DNA of 64,000 nucleotides, taken from contig OZ219754.1 in NCBI GenBank assembly GCA_964291295.2, forward strand, positions 3,136,001 through 3,200,000, written 5' to 3'. The DNA is from an uncultured Candidatus Binatia bacterium. Lineage in GTDB: Bacteria > Desulfobacterota > Binatia > UBA9968 > JAJDTQ01. The translations under genes were made by a program, and so were the position numbers. Below, piece after piece: positions 37,595-48,981 of this stretch. A model generated the notes under the pieces. That model searched no databases, was not told the DNA's origin, and was given only the letters and a program-made list of their open reading frames with translations. Each line of letters opens with the position of its first letter. The first letter of the stretch is position 1.

Positions 37595-40500
37595 ATGGCA
37601 GAAACAAACAAGAAACTGACGGCGGCAACGGAAACATGCTTCGCTGATCTCGGTCGGGTGTACGCCTCGGGCGGCGCAACCGGGGAGCGGTCGAGCCATG
37701 GCCCGCTCGCCAACTTGATCAATGCCGTCGGCGCTACCCTCAAGCCGAAGGTGTTCTGCGTCGGCGAGCTTGCCGACCAAGGCGCGGGCCATCCGGACTT
37801 CGGCCTTTATGCGGCGAAACAGGTACAGCGGGGCCGGCCTCGCGAAGGCCAGATACCGGAGTGCGGCGTCGTCGAGGTGAAACCGCTCGCAGACGATGCG
37901 TGGCTCAGGGCGGCGGGAGATCAGGTCAGCCGCTACTGGGAGCGCTATCGGCTGGTGCTCGTGACCAACACGCGCGATTTCGTGCTGGTGGGCGAGGACG
38001 CGGCGGGCCGCCCGACGAAGCTCGAAACCTTCCGGCTTGCGGACAGCGCGGACGACTTCCGGCATCAACTGAAAAAGCCCCGCGCATTTGCCCGCGTGGC
38101 CGGTGCGGGCGTCGGCGAATATCTCGCCCGCACATTGTCACACCGGGCGGAGCCGAAGGATCTTGCGTGGCTGCTCGCCTCATATGCCCGCGATGGGCTG
38201 GCGCGGGTCGAGGCGGCGGGCGATGCGCCGTCGCTTGCAACGGTGCGGTGCGCGCTGGAAGACGCCTTGGGCGTGCGCTTCGAGGGCGCGCGCGGCGCGC
38301 GCTTCTTCCATTCGACGCTTGTGCAGACGCTGTTCTACGGCGTCTTCTCCGCGTGGGTCCTGTGGGCGCGGCAGATCCCGCCGCCGTCGGGAAACTTCGA
38401 TTGGCGCACCGCTGTCTGGCACCTGCGGGTGCCCGTACTCGCGGCGCTGTTTCAGCAGCTATCGCAGCCGGGACGGCTGCAACCGCTCGGACTCGTCGAA
38501 GTGCTCGACTGGACGGTCGCCGCGCTCGACCGGGTTGATCGGGAGACGTTCTTCTCGCGGTTCAACGAAGGCGAGGCGGTTCCCTATTTCTACGAGCCGT
38601 TTCTGGAAGCCTTCGATCCCGGACTGCGCAAACAGCTCGGGGTCTGGTACACGCCGGCGGAAGTGGTCCGCTACATAACAGGCGGCGACCGAACGGGTCT
38701 TCGGCTTCGAGATCATGCCCGCGCCTTTTGTCGTCGCGCATCTCCAGGTCGGTTTGACGATGCAGGAGCTCGACGCGCCGCTCGCCGAGGACGAGAGCGA
38801 GCGGGCGCAAGTATTCCTGACCAATGCGCTGACGGGGTGGGAGCCGACGGACAGGGAGAAGCAAGTGGTTGCTTTCCCGGAACTGGAGGAAGAGCGCGAC
38901 CGGGCGGAGCGCGTGAAGCGCGATACGCCGATCCTCGTCATCCTCGGCAATCCGCCCTATAACGCTTATGCTGGCGTGGCGATCGACGAAGAACGCGAGC
39001 TTTTCGAGGCCTATCGCAAGACACGTAAGGTGCAGCTTCACGAAAGCAAGGGGTTGGTCGATCTCTACGTCCGTTTCTTTCGGATGGCTGAGCGGCGCAT
39101 CACGGAGAAGACCGGGCAAGGCGTCGTTTGCTTCATTTCCAACTATTCCTGGCTTGACGGGTTGTCCTTTGCAGGCATGCGCGAGCGATCCCTTGAGGCA
39201 TTTGACGCTATCCGGATCGACTGTCTGAACGGCGACAAGTACAGGACCGGCAAGGTCGCGCCGGACGGCACGCCCGACCCCAGCATTTTCTCGACCGAGG
39301 GCGATCCGGTCGGCATCCAGGTAGGGACCGCCATCGCGACGCTGGTGCGCAAGGTAGAGCATGCACCGGCGGAGGCGGTCGAATTCCGGCATTTGTGGGG
39401 ACAGGCGAAACCGGCCGAGCTGATCGAGACGGCGGAGGCGGCGCCGAATGCGCTTTATGAAGGGATCGAGCCCATCCTGCCGCTCGGACTGCCCTTCGTG
39501 CGGACCGCGGTGAGCGAAGACTGGTTTAACTGGCCAACGCTTCGCGATCTTTTCCCAGTTTCGTTTCCAGGAGCAAAGACTAACCGGGATTCGTTTCTAG
39601 TCGACATCGACCTTGATCGCCTGAGAAAACGTATAGCCGAATACTTCGACAAGAATATAAGTCATGACGATCTTGAGCGCCGTTATCCAGTGATAATGAA
39701 GACGGCAAAACATTTCGATGGCATCTCAATCAGGGAATTTCTTCTTGAGCGAGGCGGACCAGATGAAGAGGGCTTTATTCGCTTCGCATATCGCCCGTTT
39801 GACAACCGCTGGCTCTACTGGGAAGCGGAAACCAAGCTACTCAACGACCGACGTGCTGAGTACAGACCACACGTATTCGACGGCAACATGTGGCTATCCG
39901 CAGCGCAACATCTTCGAAAAAGTGCCGAAGAGCCGCAAGCATGTCTGGCACGGCATCTGGCTTGTCTCCATCTGATCGAGCGGACGGCCCTTGTGTTCCC
40001 CGCTTGGCTCCGCGATGACGGCATTCAGGATGACGGCCTACTTGGGCGCCGCGCCAACCTGACCGCCGCCGCGCAACGCTACCTCGACCGTCTCGGCCTT
40101 GGCGTCGAGGACCTGTTTCACCACGTCCTCGCCACGCTGCACGATCCGGCCTACCGTGAGGCCAACGCTGGGGCATTGCGCATGGAGTGGCCGCGCCTCC
40201 CGCTGCCGGGCTGGCCGGACGGCGGGGACGCGGCGGAGGAACTCGCCCGGTCCGCGGCGCGGGGGCGCGAGTTGGCCGCGTTGCTTGATCCCGACACCCC
40301 GGTTCCTGGCGTGACCCGGGCACCGCTGAGGCCCGGGATCGCCGCCATCGCTGCCCCGCCACCGCCGGCGGGCGCAATATGGCAGGCGATGACTTCGCGG
40401 TGTCCGCTGGCTGGGGCCATTCCGGCCAGGGCGACGCCGTGATGCCGGGCCAGGGCCGCGCCATCGAACGCGCCTTCACCCCTACCGAACGCGCCGTCAT

Positions 40501-40774
40501 GGGCGGCGCCCTGCCCACCCTCGGCGACACGACCTTCAACATCTACCTTAACGGCGAGGCGTTCTGGCGCAACGTCCCCGCCGCCGTGTGGACCTACCGC
40601 CTGGGCGGCTACCAAGTGATCAAGAAATGGCTGTCTTACCGCGAATGCCCCGTCCTCGGCCGCCCCCTGTTGCCCGGGGAAGTGCAGCACTTTGCCGATA
40701 CCGCGCGGCGGATCGCTTCGATCCTGCTGCTTGCAGGGGCCGGCCGCGGGCAATCCGACCCCGGCGAACCGTGA
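37595..40774 (+). pseudogene. Type ISP/IIG-like restriction-modification enzyme (nuclease, N6-MTase, ISP specificity domain) with an internal deletion and frameshifts
   Basis: PDFG..VEVK nuclease, YFYEPFL..GVWYTP, GNPPY, YRPFD.RWLYW, VWTYRLGGYQVIKKWLSYRE; the frame jumps at ~38675 from YTPAEVVRY straight to QAATERVFGFEIM with no DPxxGTG motif I; second shift at ~40355. Confidence 0.8.
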
Positions 40775-40784
40775 GCCCATCGCG

Positions 40785-41279
40785 ATGCGACCCACAACGT
40801 ATATCGAGACATCGGTCGTGAGCTACCTGATCGCACGACCGTCGCGGGATATGGTCATCGCGGCATATCAGGAGATCACCAGGGAGGGGTGGCGCGACGC
40901 TCCTGACCGGTTCGACCTTGTTGCGTCAGCCCTTGTCGTCGCGGAAGCCGGAGCGGGCGACCCTGAGGCTGCGCGCAGCCGGCTGGAGGCGCTCGAATCT
41001 GTCGTGTTTCTCGATGCGGCACCGGAGGCGGAGAATCTCGCGCATTCCCTTGTCGAAGCCGGCGCTGTTCCACGGCAGGCCGCGGACGATGCGGCACATA
41101 TCGCCATCGCTGCTGCCAATGGCATCGATTTTCTGGTGACATGGAACTTCCGGCATATTGCCAATGCCGCAATGCGCGCCAGGATCGAACAGGTTTGCCG
41201 GGGGGCAAGTTGCGAACCGCCGGTGATCTGCACGCCGAACGAACTGATGGAGACAAACCATGAGAAAGACCCCGACTGA
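40785..41279 (+). CDS. PIN-domain (VapC-like) toxin/nuclease
   Basis: YIETSVVSYL, DDAAHIAIA, LVTWNFRHIAN. Confidence 0.85.
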   Translation: MRPTTYIETSVVSYLIARPSRDMVIAAYQEITREGWRDAPDRFDLVASALVVAEAGAGDPEAARSRLEALESVVFLDAAPEAENLAHSLVEAGAVPRQAADDAAHIAIAAANGIDFLVTWNFRHIANAAMRARIEQVCRGASCEPPVICTPNELMETNHEKDPD

Positions 41280-41475
41280 TCCGATCATTTCCGAAGTGTG
41301 GGCGATACGGGATGCGCATGCGGCCCGCTTCGACCATGATGTGGCGGCCATCTTTCAGGACATCTGGACAATGCAGAAAAAGTCCGGCCGGGAGTATGTC
41401 CGCCTTCCTGCGCGTCCGGTTGTTGCCTCAGGCACCGGGCATGATCCGGGCAGCGAGATGATTGGCCCGCGTTGA
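41260..41475 (+). CDS. Small protein coupled to the PIN gene, putative antitoxin
   Basis: DPIISEV.AIRD.HAARFDHD; overlaps the PIN gene end; GGAG RBS. Confidence 0.65.
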   Translation: MRKTPTDPIISEVWAIRDAHAARFDHDVAAIFQDIWTMQKKSGREYVRLPARPVVASGTGHDPGSEMIGPR

Positions 41476-41601
41476 ACGGGTGGGGATTTCCAGAACTCCG
41501 GTGCGTCGCGCGCAAGGCGCTGGCACGGGTTATCGGCGATGAGGTGCTTTGGCGCCATTTTGGCAACAGGAAAGCGCTGAAAGAATTCCGGGAATTGCAG
41601 G

Positions 41602-42788
41602 TCAACGAGCAGCAGGAAATTTGGGGCGATCCTTTTGATCCGTTGTGACCATCGCCTGTGCGATGATGTTCCCCGACCCTCTCCGCCGCTTCGACGAGAT
41701 GGGTATCGTCGAGGTGGGCGTAGCCTGCCGTCGTACGATGACGTCGGTGGCCGAGCAACCTGCCGACCAGGGGCAAGGCCTCGCCGGACATGACGGCGTG
41801 GCTCGCCGCGGTGTGCCGAAGGTCATGCAGGCGGAGCCTGCCGAGCTTCGCATCCGCTCAGACCATTCGCCAACAGGTCGTGAGAATCCAGACACCCCGG
41901 CCTTCGGCATGGCGCGGGAACAGGCACGCGTCCGGGTCGCGGGGGCCGGGCAGCGCCTCGATGAGCGCACGCGCGGCTTCGCCGAGCGGCACGGCGCGCG
42001 GGCCGGTCTTGGAATCATCAAGGTTCAGGGCGTCCGCGCCAATGTTGCGCCAGCGCAGGTTGAGCACCTCGCTGCGGCGGCAGCCGGTGAGGGCGAGCAG
42101 ACGAACCGCGGCGACGGTCTCGGGCCATGGGGCTTCGTTGGCGTCGAGTGCGCGCCCGAGCCGGGCCAGCTCTTCCGCGTCGAGGAACCGGGCAATGTTG
42201 CGCCCTGGGTTCCTGCGGATACCGAGACAAGGGTTGGCGTCGCGCTCGCGCAATCCCCATTCCTCAGCCCGGAACATCATCGCACGCAGGATTTCGAGTG
42301 CACGGTTGGCCGCGCCGGGCCTATCCCTGCTCGCCGCGTCGAACCACGCGGCGACATCCTCGGGTCCGACACGGTCCACCGGCATCCTGCCGAAGGCGGG
42401 CAGGATGCCGGCCTTGAGGTAGATGCGCACGGTCTTGCGCCCGGTGGGCTTCCAGTACGGTTCGCAGCGCCGCAGATACTCGTCCGCGAACGCGCGCAGG
42501 GTCGGGGGCTCCTTCTCCCTGCGGATGTCGTCGGCGGGGTCCTCGCCTGCGCGGATGCGCGCGAGGTGGTCGCGGGCGCGGCGGCGGGCCTCGGCAAGCT
42601 CCATCTCGCCGTGCCGGGCGATGACGATGCCGCGGCTCCGTCCCTCGATGCGCGTCTGGATGATCCAGACCTTGCGGCCCGTCGGATGGATGCGCAGCCC
42701 GAAACCGGGCAGCGACCTGTCGAACAGGAACGTGTCCCTGGCCTGGGGCTTGCTCTGGCGGGCCAGGCGCGGGGTGAGGTGAGTGAGG
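41602..42788 (-). pseudogene. Tyrosine integrase with arm-DNA-binding domain, inactivated
   Basis: LFDRSLPGFGLRIHPTGRK arm domain, LTGCRRSE, SKTG, LHDLRHT, LLGH..TAGY; in-frame TGA at 41858-60, frameshift at ~41672, no native start. Confidence 0.88.
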
Positions 42789-42929
42789 TCAACGGTGGGC
42801 GGGACGGTGATGTACGTCAGCGCCGACGATCTTGTGGATGATGAGCGCGATGGCGATGTTCTTGCACCGCGCGTTGTTCTCGGGGGCGAAGCCTTTGCGC
42901 ACGAGGCAGTGGTCTTCTCGGTAGCTCAT
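42789..42929 (-). mobile_element. ISAs1-family transposase C-terminal remnant
   Basis: MSYREDHCLVRKGFAPENNARCKNIAIALI resembles the ISAs1 motif FREDxCRxRKGNAPENLAxLRNIALNL. Confidence 0.55.
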
Positions 42930-43073
42930 GCCTCCAAGACCATCCGACGCTGCGGAGAAAAGCCGGCCAGAATCACCGCCCGAATCGTCAAACAGATCAG
43001 CATCGGATGACCCCGTCTACGGCAATCCAGGAACACGGGCACCCGAACCGATACCGCGGTTACCGATAGACGA

Positions 43074-46000
43074 TCACGGAGACCGTTGTATGACGGACGT
43101 ATCGAATTGGAAGCGCACAGAGCCGCGGCCGACCTGCTTGAACTGGTTGCGTGATCCTTCTCCCATGGGATTCGGCAGTTCCAGCACCATCCAGCGGTCT
43201 GGCAAAAACACGAACGGAACATAGAGAATCCGGTACTGTCGGCGTCCCCGCGCCGATACGCTGGCGGCAACGCCCATTTCGTTTGGAGTCAGTTCGAACT
43301 CGCCGGCGTCCGCCAACGACGACTTGACCTCGTAGAGCCACTCCGTCTGCGGGGTCTTGACGCAGAAGTCGTACCCTGCGGAATCGTCGCCCTCATCGCC
43401 GCCGAAAAACCGCGCGCGATTTCGCGACACCCAACACGTCTCGTCAACGGCTTCAGGGTAACGGCGACGAAGGTACTGGAACACCAGCCATTCGCTCACA
43501 AGTCCCATAGCCTGCCGCTGATCTTCGGACAGATGTTTCCCCCTGCGCCCATTTCCACCGCCAGCCCCACCGCCGGGCGGTCGGGCACCCCCGTCCATTT
43601 CGTCAAACTCGGCCAATCGCGGCCGGCAGCTTCGCTCAAACCAACCCTGATCGACGGCGATACTCTGTTCCGCCAACTGCTGGAAGTCCGCCGCGAACGA
43701 TGGATGACCCGGGTCGAGTTTGGTTCCAGCGAAGTCGATGCTTCTCTCTTCGATGATTTCCCGTTCACGTTCCCTGTGACGACGCTTCGCTTCTGCTTCA
43801 ACCGTGGCTGCATCAAGTCCCAAGGCTCCGGTTTCCAGGGTTTGTGCCATTCCCTCTGGCCAACAACCGGCACGATGGCACAGCGCGGGTATACGTTGCT
43901 CCACCACGGGATCGAAATCGAGCAGCCCCGAGTTTTCGAGACGGCGTGTCACGGCCTGCGAGTCCTGATTTCGCCACAGGTCCGGGACTGCAATACCGTT
44001 GCTGCGACACCAAGCCCCGACGACCGGGATCGCGCGAATCGCAAATTCGCGGATTGACTTGCGGTTCTTTTCGAGAAGCCCGCGAGAGGATGGCAGGTCG
44101 ATTTCCTCGTCTTGACCGAGTGTTTCGTCCAGCAACTTGGCGACATGCGCTTCGACGACTTCGTAGTCCAACGTTTCCCTCGTCAAAATCCACCTGTGGT
44201 CGAACTCAAGGAAATCCAGCGACTTGCGGCCGACGTAGACCGCGAGATCGTACCCTTCCCTGAAATCGATCGCGTGGCGCCGCCGCAGCCGTTCAAGGAT
44301 CCCTGGGCTCATCTGATTGAGGCAAGCTTTGTACACGGACCGCAGATCGTCCTCGTTGGACAGCGGGGCTTGGCCCAACTCCAGGAGCACACGGTTGAAC
44401 TGCTCGTAGTCCAGGCCCAACTTTCTGCGCAACGCAGCGCGGCTCAACTCCTGCTCACAGGCCGCGATCAGATCAGCTGGAGCGGGTACTGTCCCCGACG
44501 ACGGAACCCACGATCCCATCCACGCGGGTATGTCAAATTGCTCCCGGCCGCGCTCTGCATCCTTTTCCAACCGCCGGGCAAGCTCGACATCTGCGAAATA
44601 GGCGACCACCGGCGTCAGCAGGCTCAGCACATGCCTGAGGTCCGTTCGCAGTGCGGCCCGATGTTCCTGCAATGTGGCCGCATCACACCTCAGTGCCTCA
44701 GCAAGAGCCTCATCGCTCGGTGGACACAACGAGTCGCGGTCCTGCTGACTCTGGCAAAGCCGCAAGAGTAGCGGCTCGAGAAACCGAAACCGGGGTCCAA
44801 CAGTCGCTGAACCGTTTGGGAAAGGTCTCTGCTCAGCGTCAGCCACGAAAGCGGCACATCCTCGGACAGGATAAGCGTCGGCAATTCGGCATGTTCGAAG
44901 CCGTAACAATTCATGCCGCCCCGTGGCGGCACCTCTTTCTCGTCAACAATCAGCGAGATCGACCGGCAGCGCCTCACCCTGATCGCTCGAACGCGCCTCT
45001 CGACTGTCGCGCGTTGAACGCCCCGCTCAAGTCTCTCCGCCAGAATTTCGTGACCCAGCAGCACCACCTCCGGGAGCCATTCCAATGAGAGAGAGGACAG
45101 CTGCGGATCGCTCGAACGGGGGACGAAAGGCTCACCGTCGACCAGAAGCCGCACCCCCTTGCCGTCGATCCCGCGGGGAGTCAATGCGCCGGTCGCCGCC
45201 AACCGTTCAGCGACGCTTTCGGTCGAGGCTTCGCCGACGTCGAGCAGCGCGTGGCCGGCGGCCGACAAGATTCTGGCGGTAGACTCCTGAGCATTCTGCG
45301 TAACGATCACCCCGGGTGCTGTCTCAGGATCTCCGGCGAGGACCTCCAGCCGATCATCACGAATCACCGCCAGATCCAACTCTTGAGGCAGCGGAGTGTC
45401 AGTGCCCGAGACTTCGAGCCAAGCGCGTCGGTATTCCCTGCGGAAATCCGCGCGGTCATGCATCCGTAGAGAGGGGACGACCACCGCCAGCATTTGCAGA
45501 CGCTCTAACGCGGTATCCTTGGAGTGCCAGTCCCGCAGCCCCAGCGCGTCGCCGAAGACCAACTCCACGAATTCTTCGCTGGCTTGCATCAGTTCCAAGA
45601 CCACATCGGAAATGCGCTCCACGAATCGCGGCGGCCGGTCTCTCTTTGTCCGGGCCGCCCAACACTCCCTCGCCTTGCGGAATTGCGCTTCCTCATCGGA
45701 ACTGACGACAATCCAGGCTTTGGATCTCAGGAAGGTCGCGAGCGGCGTCGGGAGCGTTTTTTTGTCCTGGATGCCAGGTGCGCGGTCAAATCGGCCGACA
45801 TTGAAGGTGAAGTACCGGGCACCGCATGCCTCAAGATGTCTGAAGACAAGTTCGTGGAAGAGATCCTTTACACTTTCCGAAAGTTCTGCGTGCTCGATCT
45901 GCCCCGGCAGCCTCCACGCTTCTCCGCTTCTTCGATAGTCCGTGTACGGATATCTGTATGTGAAGCGCGACGCTTCCCGGCACCAATCATCATCCAGTCC

Positions 46001-48415
46001 TTGCTTCGAGTCGCCATGGCGCACCAAACTGTTCCAGTGCCGTCCCTCGTCGTTTGCCCGCACCGCCGCCGCAACCGGTTGCAATCCATTGACGACGCCC
46101 AACACCTTGAGGAAATCGACCCACTGGCGTTTGGCGTCGCCTGGGACAGATGGCCAGTTCGCGAAGTCCGCAAGAAGTGCGTCCCGTGCCCGCCGGCAGT
46201 CGGGGGACGTGTCCGCCGCTTTCACCAGGAAGTTCTCGAGTGTCTGACCCGCTGGTGTCCATGACGACGAAAACGCCGCCTGTGTCGCGGGCTTCCAGCC
46301 GCCCAGTGTCGGAACCTGCAATTGGGCGCTCCGCAGGGCTTCTTCGATCCTCGTGCCGGCAGAACGAAATAGGTCGAATGCCCATTTCAGGGCTTCCCGA
46401 CGGCGATCGTCGTTGGCCCCTTTGCCCAACGCGGCGCCGAGCCCGGCAAGCGCCTCCACCGGATCGTATTGGCGCACGAGCCCGGCATCAATGAACGCGT
46501 TCAGCGTATCCCGCCCAAACGAGATCGTCTCTTCGACGAAACGGTAGCGCCGCGTGAGCGTCGCCGGTGGCAGCGGGACTCCGCCTTTGGCGCGCAGTCC
46601 TCTCGTGCTTTCGTCGCGGACGAAGAGTCTGGCTACCGACGCATCGTCGTACCCACCTGCCGGCCGCAATTTTCTTGACCGATCGAGGAAGATCTTCTTG
46701 CCAGCCAACGCGTTGAGTTTCTCGCCAGTCGCCTCGAAAACACGCTTCAAGTCCTCATAGAAGCGCGACCATGTTCGTGGCGCTGCTCGCCAGTCGGAAA
46801 GGGAGTGTGCGAAGCGCTCCGACCACTTGGCAAGCAGCCCGCCTGAAGGCGCAAGGTCACCGTATGTCCGATCCGCCATGTCTTCGAGACGACGAAGCCG
46901 TTCATCATTGATTTCGGGCGACACAAGCCGGGCGCCGGTTCGCTTGGTGACCTCCGGCGCCTTCATCAAGGAAAACGCCCCCTCGGGCCAGAGCCTGGCC
47001 TCGTTCAGACTTGCCCAGCGGACTCCGTCAGCCGCGACCACCGGGACGATAGACGCCTCCTCGAGTGAACTCTCCATTTCGTCGAGTGCGGCGTCCAGCT
47101 TCCCGGCATGTTTGCCGGTCCAGGCAACCAAATCAAAGATCGGAAGTTGGGGAACCTTCATCACCGCCGGCCCGGTGAGGTATAGCGCGGCGTGAGCACA
47201 GGCTTCCGCCGCAGCCGTCATCAGTGTCGTATTCAACGGAAGGTCGAAGTCCGCATTGCGACGGTCGATGTCCGCGAAAAATGGCGCGTCCAGATGGCCG
47301 AGCAGCGGAGCGACGGCTGCATCTCCCATCGGTAGAAAGTTGTAAAGGCGTCCCGCGGCCAAAGCGTCGGGGGACAGGCCAACCGCGACCGAAACCGTCG
47401 GCTGGCCCTCCCACTCGAGCCAGCGTTTGATCTGCGGCGCTCTGGGGATACTTTGTTTGACCGCGGCGAGCACCCGCTCCTTGTCGACTTTATGCTGCAC
47501 CACCAGGAAACGTCGATCCTTGCCAACCCGAACCTCGTGCAGACGACAGTCCGCGATACCGGGGACAGTGCCAAGGGGTTTCTGGCGGCGACTCAGATGA
47601 CGCTGTTGCACTGACCCGTCTGGAGACCGCTCCTCGATACGAAAATCAGCGATCCGGTCGAGAAAGAGCAGCAGCGGCACATCAAGGTCAACGAGCCTTT
47701 CAACCTGCTCTCTCGCCAACTCTATCGACTCCGCCGTGCGGAGTGGCAGGACGATGACGCTCGCATAGCCTCGATGTGCGTACGAGATTACCTCATCAGG
47801 CTGTTCGTCAAGCGGACGGGGTACGAGATAACGCGGCACCGTTCGGGCGACACGGCGGGCGGTAGCCGAATCCACACCAATGGTGTGGAGCACCTCCTCC
47901 ATCTCGCCCACTTGGGCAAACCGGAAGCAATAGCCGTCGAAGCGCTTTGAATCTTCTCTGCCTCTCCGAGAGAATATTCGGACATCGTCGGTGAGCGCTT
48001 CGACACTTCGAAAGCCCAGACCCTTGTTGCCGATACCCTCACCGATTTCCTTGGCCGTGGTCGCGAGATTCATGATCGCCTCCACGTCCTTCCAGCGAAA
48101 GCCGTCGCCACCGTTTGCGACGTAAAGGGTGCCTTCACTCTCCGAGCGAATGGTAAGGTTTACCGCGATTCCCCCGCGGTCTCCGGAGCGGTGCGCATCG
48201 TGCGCGTTCTGTATCAATTCGCAAAGAACGCGGTCGCCATACTCGGTGCCGACCACTTCGTTCAGATTCCGCAGGCTCTCGTATACCTTGAGGTTCTTTC
48301 GGTGCCCGTAGACGGCATGCTTCAGCACGGCGCGAACCTGTCGTTGCAGTTGTTCGGTCGGAAGCAAATCCGACGGTTGACTATCCCGTTCTGCCCGGCC
48401 GGACATGGACATCAT
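43074..48415 (-). CDS. ~1780-aa sacsin-like GHKL ATPase with C-terminal DUF3883 (NOV-C) PD-(D/E)XK nuclease; apparent 1-nt frameshift near 44793
   Basis: ELIQNAHDA, YVANGGDGF, IGNKGLGFRSV, HLDAPFF..IDRR; C-terminal GLVSEWLV, WVS, GDDSAGYDF, YEVKSS, FELTPNE; one extra C in GAC CCC (C)GG joins the two ORFs. Confidence 0.8.
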
Positions 48416-48418
48416 CAA

Positions 48419-48840
48419 CCCGACTTTACCACTCGGAATCACGATTGCGCAGCACCAGGCTGATTTCGCCGATTTTCGCACGCAACTCATGTCGTCGGGC
48501 AGGCTGACATAGTGCGGTAAAGCGGTTTCGTGTATCATGAGGGTGATGCGCCAAGCCATGGTCCTTCCATGTCCATCCGACGCTCCCGTATTCGCAGCAG
48601 CAACGAGCACTATTACACCCACCGCCTCGTGCGCTCCGAACGCGCCGGCTCGAAGGTGCGACAGCGCACCCTGCTCAATCTTGGACGACACTTCGATGTC
48701 GCCCCACAGAACTGGCCGATGCTGTGCCGGCACATCAAGGAGATGCTTGCCGGCCAACCCTCCCTGTCCCCGGACCGCCCCCGGCGTTGGCTCAGCGAAT
48801 ACAGGGCCTTGGGCGAAGAGACTGCGCGGATGGTGGCAAA
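48419..48840 (+). mobile_element. IS1634-family remnant: 5' terminal repeat and transposase N-terminus
   Basis: CCCGACTTTACCA (11/13 match to the 50862/52413 TIR); MSIRRSR..YYTHRLVRSER.GSKVRQRTLLNLGRHF; RRWLSE..ALGE shared with the second copy. Confidence 0.75.
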
Positions 48841-48981
48841 GTTGAGCCGGTGGAAGCCGAGAACGGCCGCAGCGCCGCGTAGAGGCACGGATGCCGGCGG
48901 GGGCGGCCTGTGCCGGGCCGCCTGCGCACGCCTGAACCTCCAACACCACCCGCCAACACGCAGGGCACGGAGATCAAGAGA

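Noticed and set aside
41858-41860. In-frame TGA in the integrase as selenocysteine or readthrough
   Set aside because: The gene also lacks a start codon and has a frameshift; simple nonsense decay is more parsimonious
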